Translations under genes and position numbers: made by a program
The notes under the pieces: generated by a model
Databases searched by the model: none
What the model saw: only the letters and a program-made list of their open reading frames with translations
What the model was told of the DNA's origin: nothing
IMG/VR virus record: IMGVR_UViG_2884411467_000001
Coordinates: 17,098 to 81,097 of that record
Length of the DNA: 64,000 bases
DNA from: a virus
Lineage: Duplodnaviria; Caudoviricetes
Strand: one strand, 5' to 3'
In this document: one piece after another, positions 26,241 to 36,009 of the stretch
Layout: each line of letters starts with the position of its first letter
Numbering within the stretch: position 1 is the stretch's first letter

Positions 26241-28104
26241 CGGATCACATCAGGACGGCTTCAACTTCCCACGCCGGAAGTTTGCCTCTGCCCTTCGCCC
26301 GGGCGAAATCGTCGTCGATTTCTTCGCCGGTGGTGGCGGCGCCAGCGAGGCCTTGCGCCAGGCGCTTGGTCGTGACCCGGACGTTGCGGTCAACCACGAT
26401 CATCTGGCGATCAGCATGCATGCGGCCAACCATCCGTTTACGCGGCACATGGAGGCCGACGCCTGGACGGTCGATATCCTTCGGGAGGTCAATGGTCGCA
26501 AAACCGGCTGGTTCCATTCGAGCCCCGACTGCACGCACTTCAGCCAGGCCAAGGGCGGCCAGCCGCGCGATCGCCAAGTGCGAAGCCTCGCCTGGGTGAT
26601 CGTCAAGGTCGCCGGCATCCTCAACAAGCGCGGGCTCGCACCGCGCATCATCAGCCTGGAGAACGTCAAACAGATGCTGCTCTGGTCGCAGCTGGTCGCG
26701 AAGCGCGACAAAGCGACTGGGCGCGTCGTCAGGCTCGACGGGTCTATAGCTGCACCCGGTGAGCGCGTACCGCTGCGCGAGCAGTTCCTCGTGCCTGACA
26801 AGAAGCGCGCTGGCAGCATCTGGCGCCAGTTCGTCGGCGCGCTGCGTGCGCTCGGCTATGTCGTCGAGCATCGACTTCTGAAGGCCTGCGACTATGGCGC
26901 CGGCACGAGCCGCGAGCGTCTCTTCCTGATCGCGCGGCGCGACGGTGAGGCCATTCGCTGGCCAGAACCGACGCACGGGCCCGGTCGTGCCAAGCCCTAC
27001 GTCACCGCAGCGGACTGCATCGACTGGTCCATTGAGTGTCCGTCGATCTTCCAGCGGAAGAAGCCGCTCGCCGATGCGACTTGCCGGCGCATCGCCAAGG
27101 GCATCCAGCGCTACGTCATCACCGCTGCCGAGCCCTTCATCGTCCAGTGTGCCAACGCCTCAGCCAACGGCGTTGCATCATCCGACGACCCGCTTGGCGT
27201 CATCACAGCATGGCCGAAGGGCGGCTCGCATGCAGTCATTGCTCCGACACTTGTGCAGGCCGCGCATGGTGACGGCAAGCCACGCGGCGTGCAGCGCTGG
27301 GGTTCCGGGCACAGGCATGTCGAGAGTCAGCTTGGTGCGATTACAGCAAGCGGCGGCCATGCCGTCGCAGCGGCCCATCTGATCAAATTCCGCGGCGACA
27401 GCGATGGCGGCCCGGTGACCACGTCCATGCCGACCATCACGAGCGGCGCCGGGGCTGCCAGGCCTGCCGGCGCAGCCCACGCCATGGGCATCATCACTAC
27501 GTTCCTCGAACAGGCCAACGGTGGTGGCGAGAATGGCAACCCTGCCCGGGCACGCGGAGCTACCGAACCCGTCAGCTCGATCACCGGTACCGGCAGCCAG
27601 CAGCGCATTGTGACCGGTCATCTGACCGCCTTCGGTCAGAACGCCAAGGGAACGAGCGCGGGCGAACCGCTGCAGACGGCATTGGGTGGCGCCACGCGAT
27701 TCGGAGTCGTTGAGTGCACGCTGAGCCCGGAGCACGAGGCCGGTGCGCTGCGTGTTGCCGCCTTCCTCATCCGCTACTACGGCGAGGGCGGCCAGCACGG
27801 AAGCCTGCGCAATCCCGCGGCAACCATGACCACGAAGGAGAGGCTCGCGCTGGTCACCGTGACGATCCAGGGCACGCCCTACGTGATCGTGGACATCGGT
27901 CTACGCATGCTGCGCCGTGAAGAACTATTCCGCGCGCAGGGCTTCCCGGCTGACTACATTATCGATCGCACAGCCGACGGCAGGAAGTTAAGCATCAGCG
28001 CCAGCGTGCGCATGGTCGGTAACAGCGTGAGCCCGCCTCCGCTTGCCGCGCTTGCTCGCGCAAACCTCGAACTGAACGTCAAGAACTTCAGGGAGGCGGC
28101 GTGA
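26233..28104 (+). CDS. Orphan C5 DNA cytosine methyltransferase
   Basis: DFFAGGGG (motif I), SPDCTHFS (IV), LENV (VI), RERLF (VIII) and VRMVGNSV (X). Confidence 0.93.
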   Translation: MADGSHQDGFNFPRRKFASALRPGEIVVDFFAGGGGASEALRQALGRDPDVAVNHDHLAISMHAANHPFTRHMEADAWTVDILREVNGRKTGWFHSSPDCTHFSQAKGGQPRDRQVRSLAWVIVKVAGILNKRGLAPRIISLENVKQMLLWSQLVAKRDKATGRVVRLDGSIAAPGERVPLREQFLVPDKKRAGSIWRQFVGALRALGYVVEHRLLKACDYGAGTSRERLFLIARRDGEAIRWPEPTHGPGRAKPYVTAADCIDWSIECPSIFQRKKPLADATCRRIAKGIQRYVITAAEPFIVQCANASANGVASSDDPLGVITAWPKGGSHAVIAPTLVQAAHGDGKPRGVQRWGSGHRHVESQLGAITASGGHAVAAAHLIKFRGDSDGGPVTTSMPTITSGAGAARPAGAAHAMGIITTFLEQANGGGENGNPARARGATEPVSSITGTGSQQRIVTGHLTAFGQNAKGTSAGEPLQTALGGATRFGVVECTLSPEHEAGALRVAAFLIRYYGEGGQHGSLRNPAATMTTKERLALVTVTIQGTPYVIVDIGLRMLRREELFRAQGFPADYIIDRTADGRKLSISASVRMVGNSVSPPPLAALARANLELNVKNFREAA

Positions 28105-28106
28105 TG

Positions 28107-28796
28107 TCACTGCGGCTTGTTTGGAGGCCTAGCGACCGGGAGGAAGGGCTTCATGTTCTTCATTTGCCGCGGGTTGATCTTCTTATCGAAGTACTGAGTC
28201 GCAGCATTGAACTCAATGGCGCAAGCCGCAAGAAAGTCCTTCACTTCGGCGATCTTCTCCGCGACAAATTCGTCCCGAGGGTCATTAACAAGCGTCGCGA
28301 GTGCGCCAGTCTGCGCCTCGACGGCCGGGAGGGCATGGATACAGGTCGGAAGGTTGATCGTGAGATGCCGTGGCAGGTCAACAAATGCATCAGCTGGGAG
28401 GCTCTCCAGAGGGCTACGGAACTTAGGCCCATTGCGCCGAAACCAGACCGCATGGCCGCCGTCACGCAGGAACTCCCCTTTCATGCACCCGAGGCGAAGA
28501 TCAGCCTCCACGAACAGGGCTTTCAGCCGGCTCAGTTCCGGCAACGCCATGGCCAGAACAACATCACCTCGCCCCCGACTCGCGCTCCTCCTCCTAACAG
28601 CGTCCGACAACGCGATGCCAAGAGCCACTACGGCCGCGGCGAATGCGCCTATGCCGGCGAACCAAGTCCCTTGCTCGACAGCGTTGAGGCCAAGCCACCA
28701 ACGAACTGTCGGAGCCGAATGAGCCAGCGCTTCGACCCCTGCACACAGCGAATCCATTGCCATGCGTGAAATCTCCATCCTGTTGAATGGCCGCAT
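28107..28796 (-). CDS. Counter-oriented moron with one TM segment, hypothetical
   Basis: WFAGIGAFAAAVVALGIAL TM segment; antisense to the early operon. Confidence 0.65.
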   Translation of the reverse strand: MRPFNRMEISRMAMDSLCAGVEALAHSAPTVRWWLGLNAVEQGTWFAGIGAFAAAVVALGIALSDAVRRRSASRGRGDVVLAMALPELSRLKALFVEADLRLGCMKGEFLRDGGHAVWFRRNGPKFRSPLESLPADAFVDLPRHLTINLPTCIHALPAVEAQTGALATLVNDPRDEFVAEKIAEVKDFLAACAIEFNAATQYFDKKINPRQMKNMKPFLPVARPPNKPQ

Positions 28797-28833
28797 CGTA
28801 CGCCTTCCGCTGCTTCAGGGAGGCGGCGGGACG

Positions 28834-29073
28834 TCAGACCTCGCGATCCACTCCAACGCCACCGCCGATCGCCGTCGCCACCGTTTGGCGAACGGACTCC
28901 TCGTTCGACAGCTCAGAGGCATCTCCGAGAACGAGGATCGAGCCACCTGGTGTGCCGGCGATGTCTCCACGGCTGTTGCGCACCTTGGCGTTCCACAGGA
29001 TGCGATGGTCCGTGGGCAGATCCCAAATCGCCTCGTAGGTGTACCCGTCAAACTCACCGGTAATCCGCGCCAT
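28834..29073 (-). CDS. Counter-oriented small hypothetical protein
   Basis: MARITGEFDGYTYEAIW...; its start codon overlaps that of the plus-strand gene. Confidence 0.55.
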   Translation of the reverse strand: MARITGEFDGYTYEAIWDLPTDHRILWNAKVRNSRGDIAGTPGGSILVLGDASELSNEESVRQTVATAIGGGVGVDREV

Positions 29074-29788
29074 GCGTGAATCCCCCATCCTCTTCAGTGC
29101 CCCCATGGTCCGCGCCATCCTCGATGGGCGCAAGACGGTGACGCGGCGCATCGTGAAGCCGCAGCCGGACTTCGTGGTTCCGCAAGCCGATTCGAGCAAG
29201 CTGCCCGTCGTCGGCAAGTGCACGCCGGACGATGAAAAGCACGGACGCCTGGCCAAGTCGCTTTGGTGCCCGTATGGCCATGTCGGCGACCGCCTGTGGG
29301 TGCGCGAGACTCACATGCGTGTCCCTCATCCGGCAGAGTTCGGCTTTACCAAGGAAATGCTGCCTCACACGTGGGATGCCTGCTGCGAGGTTGCCGGCAC
29401 GTTCCTCTATCGCGCGGACCCATGTTCTGACTTGGTCGCAGATGGGCGCCAATGGACGCCCAGCATCCACATGCCACGGGCGGCCAGCCGCATCACCCTG
29501 GAGGTGACCGGCGTGCGCGTCGAGCGGCTGCAGGCCATCACGCATGAGCAGGCCGTGGCCGAGGGCGTGCATCGCATCGACATCGGCTCGGGCTATCGGC
29601 CGCGCTACAGCGCTGCACAGACGACCTGGCAGGAAGTCGTCGAAGGTACGGCCGATGCTTACGAGGACGCACGCCTGGCGTTCCGCGACCTGTGGCAATC
29701 CATCAACGGCCCCGGCAGCTGGGACGCCAACCCCTGGGTGTGGGCAGTCGAGTTCAAGCGCATCGAGCAAGAGAGGAAGGTGGCCTGA
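29072..29788 (+). CDS. Conserved phage protein (ASCH/PUA-like)
   Basis: PILFSAPMVRAILDGRKTVTRR, WTPSIHMPRAASRITLEVT and WDANPWVWAVEF motifs. Confidence 0.85.
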   Translation: MRESPILFSAPMVRAILDGRKTVTRRIVKPQPDFVVPQADSSKLPVVGKCTPDDEKHGRLAKSLWCPYGHVGDRLWVRETHMRVPHPAEFGFTKEMLPHTWDACCEVAGTFLYRADPCSDLVADGRQWTPSIHMPRAASRITLEVTGVRVERLQAITHEQAVAEGVHRIDIGSGYRPRYSAAQTTWQEVVEGTADAYEDARLAFRDLWQSINGPGSWDANPWVWAVEFKRIEQERKVA

Positions 29789-29994
29789 TGCTCCGACACG
29801 TGACCATCAGCAAGTTTGCCAAGGAATCGGGCTACACCGAGAACGCCATCCGCATGAAGATCAAGAACGGCGTATGGTTGGAAGGTGTCGTCTGGATGAG
29901 GTCACCCGATGGAAGGGTGTTAATCGACACAGAGGGATATGAGACATGGGTAGCCGGTCAGCAGGTGTCCGCGCTGCAACGCAGCGCAGCGTAG
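29788..29994 (+). CDS. xis: Excisionase
   Basis: VTISKFAKESGYTENAIRMKIKNGVW..PDGRVLI; overlaps int. Confidence 0.85.
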   Translation: MLRHVTISKFAKESGYTENAIRMKIKNGVWLEGVVWMRSPDGRVLIDTEGYETWVAGQQVSALQRSAA

Positions 29995-31112
29995 AGATCG
30001 ATTTTTATTACCGCGGTGCCAGGTGTCGCGAACGTCTCAAGCTGCCGCCGACTGCCGCCAACCTGAAGTTCGCGGCCAACTTGAAGGCCCAGATCGAGGC
30101 TGAGATCGCTCGGGGCGCTTTCGATTACGCGAGGTTCTTCCCCGACAGCAAGCGCGCCAGGACGCTCAGCAAGCTCCCAGGCGCAGCGCTGACCATCGAG
30201 AAGGGACTGGAGACTTGGCTCAAGGGGATGAAGAGCCAGATCGAGCACACGACCTACCGCGACTATGACCTTGCCATCCAGCGAGTATGGGTTCCGGCGT
30301 TCGGCGCCAAGCGGCTGACAGAGCTGACGCGCGGCGAGCTGAAAGAATGGGTGTCAGAACAGACCTGCGGGCTGAAGCGCATCCGCAACCTGCTGCTCCC
30401 CATGCGCGGCATGTTCGCCCAAGCGGTGGAGGATGAGCAGATCACGGCCAATCCGTTCGTCGGCTGGACACCGCGAAAGATCGAGCCGCCCAAAGAGTCG
30501 GACGATGTCGACCCGTTTACGCCGGCCGAGGTGGCGGCAATCCTGGAAGCCAGTGAGGGCCAGGTCCGCAACCTGTTTGAGTTCGGATTCTGGACCGGCC
30601 TGCGCACCAGCGAGCTGATCGCCCTGCGCTGGGAAGATGTCGACCTGGTCAATGGAATGGTCAGCGTGCGGCGGGCAAAGGTGCGCAAGAAGGTCAAGGC
30701 GCCCAAGACCAAGGCGGGACGGAGGACGGTTCAACTCCTGGTTCCGGCATTGAACGCCATTCAGGCGCAGCGCGCGCATTCTCAGCTCCGCGGCGAAGAG
30801 GTGTTCCTGAATCCGCGCACTGGCGAGCCATGGCTTCATGACGGGCCAATCCGCAAAACGGCATGGCACCCAGCCCTCAAACGCGCGGGCGTGCGATACC
30901 GATACCCCTACCAGATGCGCCACACCTTTGCCTCGACGCTGCTCAGCGCTGGCGAGAATCCCGTCTGGGTGGCGACCATGATGGGGCACAAGGATTGGGC
31001 CATGATCATCAAGGTCTATGGACGGTGGATTCCTTCGATCGCTCCTGACGCCGGACAGAAGGTGGCGGCACTTTGGTCAACATCTGGTCAGCCCACCGCC
31101 GCTAAGCGTTGA
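29946..31112 (+). CDS. int: Prophage tyrosine integrase (N-terminal arm-binding domain)
   Basis: TGLRTSEL, YQMRHTFAS and MGH...Y catalytic motifs. Confidence 0.95.
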   Translation: MGSRSAGVRAATQRSVEIDFYYRGARCRERLKLPPTAANLKFAANLKAQIEAEIARGAFDYARFFPDSKRARTLSKLPGAALTIEKGLETWLKGMKSQIEHTTYRDYDLAIQRVWVPAFGAKRLTELTRGELKEWVSEQTCGLKRIRNLLLPMRGMFAQAVEDEQITANPFVGWTPRKIEPPKESDDVDPFTPAEVAAILEASEGQVRNLFEFGFWTGLRTSELIALRWEDVDLVNGMVSVRRAKVRKKVKAPKTKAGRRTVQLLVPALNAIQAQRAHSQLRGEEVFLNPRTGEPWLHDGPIRKTAWHPALKRAGVRYRYPYQMRHTFASTLLSAGENPVWVATMMGHKDWAMIIKVYGRWIPSIAPDAGQKVAALWSTSGQPTAAKR

Positions 31113-31125
31113 AAATGCTCAAAGA

Positions 31126-31156
31126 ACGCGGGTTCGACTCCCGCCACCTCCACCAA
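31126..31156 (+). repeat. att site: copy of the tmRNA (ssrA) 3' end
   Basis: GCGGG-TTCGACT-CCCGC T-arm plus CACCTCC-ACCA acceptor strand, which would give the G3.U pair with a 5' GGGGGTG. No full RNA gene is upstream. Confidence 0.85.
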
Positions 31157-31200
31157 TAGAGCATATGGATCGTGCGATATCGATCCGAATGTGAATCAGA

Positions 31201-31245
31201 AAAAGGCTCGGAAACCTAGCAATAGCGACGGTTCCGGGCCTTTTT
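31201..31245 (+). terminator. Terminator-like hairpin downstream of att
   Basis: AAAAGGCTCGGAA...TTCCGGGCCTTTTT. Confidence 0.55.
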
Positions 31246-31357
31246 CATGTCCACAGGTACGCGGATGTTGGGGGATCGCGGGGAATCTTTAGGGATATTT
31301 TAGGGATATGGGATAGGATACCTGCCATATCCCCATCCTCCCCGTATCCCTAACTCT

Positions 31358-32620
31358 ATGCCGCGCATCGCCAAGCCCCTCACGGACTCCCAAGTCAAAG
31401 CCGCCAAGCCAGGCACCGGCAAAACGCCTCGGCGCCTCTTTGACGGTGGTGGCCTCTACTTGGAGATATCGCCGGCCGGCGCGAAATACTGGCGCCTCAA
31501 ATACCTGCTCAACGGCAAAGAGTGCCGCATGGGCCTGGGTACCTATCCGCCGGTGACGCTCGGCGAGGCGCGCACGGCAGCCGCCGATGCCCGCGCGTTG
31601 ATTGCCAAAGGCACCAGCCCGGTGCAGCAGCGCAAGGCGGACCAGATCGCCGCTGCCACAGCTGCCGCAGACACCTTTGAGGTTGTCGCCCGCGAATGGC
31701 ACGAAAAGATGTCCGCCACGTGGAAGCCGGCACAGGCCAAAACGGTCATGGGTCGACTGGAGCACGACCTCATCCCCTACATCGGCCGCGTGCCGGTGGC
31801 GGAGATCGGCAAGGCGCACGCGCTTGACGTGATCCGCCGGATCGCCGCGCGCGGGAAGTCGGAAACGGAACGCCGAGTGCTGAGTAACCTGCTCCAGATC
31901 TTGGCGCACGCATCCAAAACGCTGCGGATTGAGCGCGTACCCTTCGCGTCTGTCGACATCGCCATATCGCCGGTGAAAAAAACCAGCCATGCCGCGCTCA
32001 CGTCGCCGGACGAAGTCGCCGCCCTCCTCCGCTCCATCCACGCCTACCAGGGGTCCGCCATCACGCGCTACGCGCTACAGCTGGCCATGCTTACGGCAGT
32101 GCGTCCTGGTGAATTGCGCCACGCGGAATGGGTGGAAATTGACCTCGACGGCGCGCGCTGGGATATCCCTGGCGCCAAGATGAAAGGCGGCACCGATCAC
32201 TTGGTGCCGCTGTCTAGCCAGGCCGTGGCCGTCTTGCGCGCCGCGCGTGAGATTACGGGCGGCGGCCGTTACGTGTTCCCGAGTGCGCGCACGCCGGACG
32301 GCTCGCGCGCCATGTCCGATAACGCCGTGCTGGCAGCGCTCCGCCGCATGGACTACAGCAGCGACCAGATGAGCGGGCACGGTGTCCGTGCCATTTTCCG
32401 CACGCTCGGCGATGAAGTGCTGGGAATGCGCGTGGAATGGCTGGAGATGCAACTCGCGCACGCGGTGAAGGATGTGCACGGCACAGCCTACAACCGCACC
32501 AAGTTTCTGCAGGAGCGCAGGGCCATGATGCAGACATGGGCGGACTATCTCGACTCGCTGCGCACTGGCACACCGATGCCGGCGGCGGAGAACGCCCACC
32601 AGCTCCGGCACAGCGCGTAG
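31358..32620 (+). CDS. int: P4-type tyrosine integrase
   Basis: LTDSQVKAAKP, DGGGLYLEI..GAKYWRLKY, TAVRPGELR, HGVR and QLAH motifs. Confidence 0.95.
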   Translation: MPRIAKPLTDSQVKAAKPGTGKTPRRLFDGGGLYLEISPAGAKYWRLKYLLNGKECRMGLGTYPPVTLGEARTAAADARALIAKGTSPVQQRKADQIAAATAAADTFEVVAREWHEKMSATWKPAQAKTVMGRLEHDLIPYIGRVPVAEIGKAHALDVIRRIAARGKSETERRVLSNLLQILAHASKTLRIERVPFASVDIAISPVKKTSHAALTSPDEVAALLRSIHAYQGSAITRYALQLAMLTAVRPGELRHAEWVEIDLDGARWDIPGAKMKGGTDHLVPLSSQAVAVLRAAREITGGGRYVFPSARTPDGSRAMSDNAVLAALRRMDYSSDQMSGHGVRAIFRTLGDEVLGMRVEWLEMQLAHAVKDVHGTAYNRTKFLQERRAMMQTWADYLDSLRTGTPMPAAENAHQLRHSA

Positions 32621-32794
32621 GCGACACAAGCGCCCGCAAGCAAGAACGATCACGCCTGCATCACGTGGGCTTTTTCGTGTCCGATGTACGGACCTGGTTG
32701 CGGACGCCCGAAATGAGGCTCAACCTTTCGACTGACGGGCGCCGCCCCCACGTACGAGCCACGCCCCACTCATCACCCAGCCAACGGAGCAGCT

Positions 32795-33688
32795 GTGCAG
32801 AGCATTGACGACCTGATCAACGCACTCAGCGACACAAGCGTCTCTCTGACTAGCTCATTGCTACGCGCCCAAGTGCTCGCTCATCAGCTGGGTGATCAAG
32901 AGCTTTTAGGCTGGGTCAAGGGCGAGCTGTCCGGGTACCGCGACGACAGCCCGCTACCGGCCTACCGCGCCCGGCGCGGGATTACGCAAGGCACTATCAG
33001 CGATGGATTTAGAACTCTGTCGGACTGCACCCTGTCGACAGCCAAAATGGACGAACAGCAGAGAGCGTATTTTCTTTCCCCAATTAGGTCGGGTATCGGC
33101 GAGCTCGAACATCAGGCAAGGCGAGAGATAGAGGGGAAGGAATTCGCCGTGCCCGTTGACCCGGTCTGGTTTCCACTGCTGGACTACGGGTTGAACGAGG
33201 ACTTTTCCGTCCAGCAGGCCTGGCTTCGTTCGCCGGCTGGATTCTTTGGCCAGATCGTGACGGAAGTGCGTAGCCGCTTGCTCGACTTCGCTCTGCAGCT
33301 CCGAGACAAGGTGCCAGCTGATGCGGCCCCGTCCACGCTGAAAGACGCGATCGCCATGCCCGACCTGCGCAACATGTTCCACAGCGCCATGGGTAACACC
33401 ATCACGTTGGTGATCAATGCCGGCAATGCCGGCGACGTCTCAACCGCCATCTTGCTGAAAAACAACCTGGCGGCCCTCAAGTCCGAGTTGTCAAAGCACG
33501 GAATCGACAGCGACCAGCTGGAGGATTTGGGGTACGCGATCGAGGAGGACAGCGACGAACCGCAGCACGGCGACAAGAAGCTGGGCCGGTCAGTCCTCGC
33601 GTGGCTGGGGGATGTCACCAAATCGAGTCTCAAGTCCGGCACGGAGGTCGCCATCAAAGCAGCGCTTGAGCACTTCTACGGCCGATAG
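32795..33688 (+). CDS. AbiTii-domain protein (candidate defence)
   Basis: SLTSSLLRAQVLAHQLGDQELLGWVKGELSGY N-terminus; GTG start. Confidence 0.75.
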   Translation: MQSIDDLINALSDTSVSLTSSLLRAQVLAHQLGDQELLGWVKGELSGYRDDSPLPAYRARRGITQGTISDGFRTLSDCTLSTAKMDEQQRAYFLSPIRSGIGELEHQARREIEGKEFAVPVDPVWFPLLDYGLNEDFSVQQAWLRSPAGFFGQIVTEVRSRLLDFALQLRDKVPADAAPSTLKDAIAMPDLRNMFHSAMGNTITLVINAGNAGDVSTAILLKNNLAALKSELSKHGIDSDQLEDLGYAIEEDSDEPQHGDKKLGRSVLAWLGDVTKSSLKSGTEVAIKAALEHFYGR

Positions 33689-33840
33689 GAGCTGGCGACA
33701 TCACAGTGGCGCGCGGCCAGAGTATCGGCCTCGTGATTCAAGCCGCCAGTCGCTCATTCTCGTAGAACGGGTGGCGCTCATCGCGCAAACTGCCACTACC
33801 TAGCGGTGACGTCGGCGGATGAGCGCACAGCTTGAGATGT

Positions 33841-34863
33841 TCAACCCGTGCCATCGGTGGGTAGTGGATCGGGGAAAGGTGGAATTCGCCCATGTGTCGA
33901 CATCGCTTGCGCGATCCTGCGTCGCTCATCGCCGAATGTCGTCTGTATCCTGTTGCCCGTTGCTGCATCGATCGCAAGAAATGGGGCGCCCGACCCATCG
34001 ATGCCAATTTCAGGATATCGGCTGAGCTGATGGCTTACAGGTATCGCTACCGCGTAGATATCGAACACTCGCACCGCAACGAACACGGTTTCTGACTCGA
34101 CCAATGCAAAAGCCAGGTGATGTGCCTTGTGCGGAGTCCAGAACTTGAACACGTCACACGACGAAGCCCAGCCCACGTATCCCATCAACGAGTCCGTCGA
34201 GGACGAATCCTCGGACAAGATCGCCGCTCTCAAATCCGCCGCTAGCGGGTCGTCCAAATAGCTCTCACCGAGCCACAAGAAGGCCAATTCATAAGCGATC
34301 TTCATCATCGCATGGCGCAGATACTCAAATTTGATAGGGATTTCCACTTTTATAAGCGGATTCTCTACGGATGTGACTTTGAATTCGCCAGCCTTAGTTG
34401 CTAGTTCCTCCGGTGAGAGCGGCGGCAGGCCCTGCCGCTTCCGCGCACGCTGCAGGATCTTTGGAATTTGATCCTTGTCGCGCTCATCGAGCGTTATCTG
34501 TCGCGCCTTCCTACCGTCCGGCAGAACGACGTCAGTGGCGTGATAGAGCTGGCGATGATCAAGCTTGCCGGTTACCTTGTTCAGCGATGTCTTGATGCGC
34601 TTTGCCTCCGGTCCGATCAGCATTTGATCGCCGAGGAATATCTCTAACATCGAGGGCGGCTCGCCGCTATTTCCAGCAAGCATCAGTTCGGCGCGACGCA
34701 CGCGCACGGGCAGGAAATCATTCAGCGCGGAATCGACACGGCTCCCGAGAATTGAATTACAGCTGGCGCAAACCCGGTCCGTGGTGACCGTGCCGCCAAT
34801 GGCAAGCGGGAAGATGTGTTCCCGACTAGGTGGACGATCCTGAGAGCAAAAGATACACCGCAC
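33841..34863 (-). CDS. HNH endonuclease (HNH_5-like) with an extended C-terminus
   Basis: CIFC...SREHIFPLAIGG...VCASCNSILG. Confidence 0.85.
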   Translation of the reverse strand: MRCIFCSQDRPPSREHIFPLAIGGTVTTDRVCASCNSILGSRVDSALNDFLPVRVRRAELMLAGNSGEPPSMLEIFLGDQMLIGPEAKRIKTSLNKVTGKLDHRQLYHATDVVLPDGRKARQITLDERDKDQIPKILQRARKRQGLPPLSPEELATKAGEFKVTSVENPLIKVEIPIKFEYLRHAMMKIAYELAFLWLGESYLDDPLAADLRAAILSEDSSSTDSLMGYVGWASSCDVFKFWTPHKAHHLAFALVESETVFVAVRVFDIYAVAIPVSHQLSRYPEIGIDGSGAPFLAIDAATGNRIQTTFGDERRRIAQAMSTHGRIPPFPDPLPTDGTG

Positions 34864-35152
34864 AGCGCCTCCCCTCGATGGACTAAACCATAATCACGAT
34901 TGTTTACGCCGCTATCTCGTACTCATAGAGCGGCCGCTCTCTATCGTCCAAAATCGCCTGCATCGCGGCAAGGTTTGACGGGTCCGGCGAGTCTTAAACA
35001 ACCTACTAACGCTGACCAAGGATGGACGACCTACTGCCATCAGCCATCACTGTGACTATTGCGATGGTCGCCGACGATGCAGGTGCCGCTTGTGCCGTCG
35101 CCGGATTGGTCGTTGTGCTCATGATCTTTCCATCCTTTGATGTCACCCCAGC

Positions 35153-35611
35153 CTATTCCTTCTCATCGTCCTCATCGTCCACGCTGTCATCGTATTCAAA
35201 GTGCGTGAGGTATCGACCAGGCCTCCCTTTTTTGCGCCAGTCCATCGTCAATTTTTCGATTGCCGCCTCAGCTCCTTCAAAACCCACGCCATCGGCGTCA
35301 GTGAGGTACAGCACATCGAAGACATCATGGTTGTCGAGATCGTCGATGGTGTCGTACGTGCAGATGCGCCCCTGGCTGTTGACCACATAGGTCAACAGCA
35401 GCACATCGCCCTCCTCTTCTTTGCCCCACCGCGCGGGTCGCCGCTTCAACTCTTCGGAAATGGCATTCCTCCGATGCATCTTGGTCGGGCGCGTGCCGAT
35501 TTCGACAATCAAGACTTCATGTTCCAGAAGGTCGTCGCAGATTTCGCTGTCCGTCCGTGACGGGTCTGTGTCGATCACGATTGTGCCGATGCGCATGCGT
35601 TTCTTCTCCAT
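35153..35611 (-). CDS. Hypothetical acidic protein
   Basis: 152 aa ORF following the DUF4113 fragment. Confidence 0.6.
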   Translation of the reverse strand: MEKKRMRIGTIVIDTDPSRTDSEICDDLLEHEVLIVEIGTRPTKMHRRNAISEELKRRPARWGKEEEGDVLLLTYVVNSQGRICTYDTIDDLDNHDVFDVLYLTDADGVGFEGAEAAIEKLTMDWRKKGRPGRYLTHFEYDDSVDDEDDEKE

Positions 35612-35618
35612 TGTTTGC

Positions 35619-35912
35619 TCACGTCACTTCCCGCAGTTCATTCCAGTTCGTGGTGTACCGCGGGCTCAACATGTCCCGCTGCATCGCCCACGCACGCTGC
35701 TCTTTGATGCCGCCCTCTCCAATCCCCATGGTGCCACGGCCCCACTTCTGATTCGCGTGGTCGAGCACACCCATCAGTTTTTCCCGGCGCAAATCCTGCT
35801 CGGGCGGTGCAAATCCGAACAGCGATCCCTGCACCAAGCTATGTGGGCGGGTTTCATCGAGCATCATGCCCACTTTGACGTACCGGTACCCCACCCACCA
35901 AGACGGCTCCAT
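35619..35912 (-). pseudogene. C-terminal fragment of a Y-family polymerase UmuC (DUF4113)
   Basis: KVGMML...LMGVLDHANQKWGRGT...WAMQRDMLSPRYTTNWNEL; no catalytic domain. Confidence 0.8.
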
Positions 35913-36009
35913 ACCTAGGTGCTCTGCTCATGCGCCAGGTGCATGTTGGCCGCGTCGAGCGCCGCACAGCGCTGTACGCTCATCCACGCGAACACACCGA
36001 GGGCGAGAC

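Larger units (their letters stand above)
1..31156. mobile_element. Lambdoid temperate prophage (right part; tail genes lie left of the window), integrated at the ssrA 3' end
   Basis: Canonical module order: head, terminase, lysis, Q, replication, cro/cI, early genes, xis, int. It ends at a copy of the tmRNA 3' end. Confidence 0.95.

Noticed and set aside
30800-31156. Complete tmRNA or tRNA gene
   Set aside because: Only the T-arm and acceptor 3' strand are present, and the upstream sequence is integrase coding DNA.
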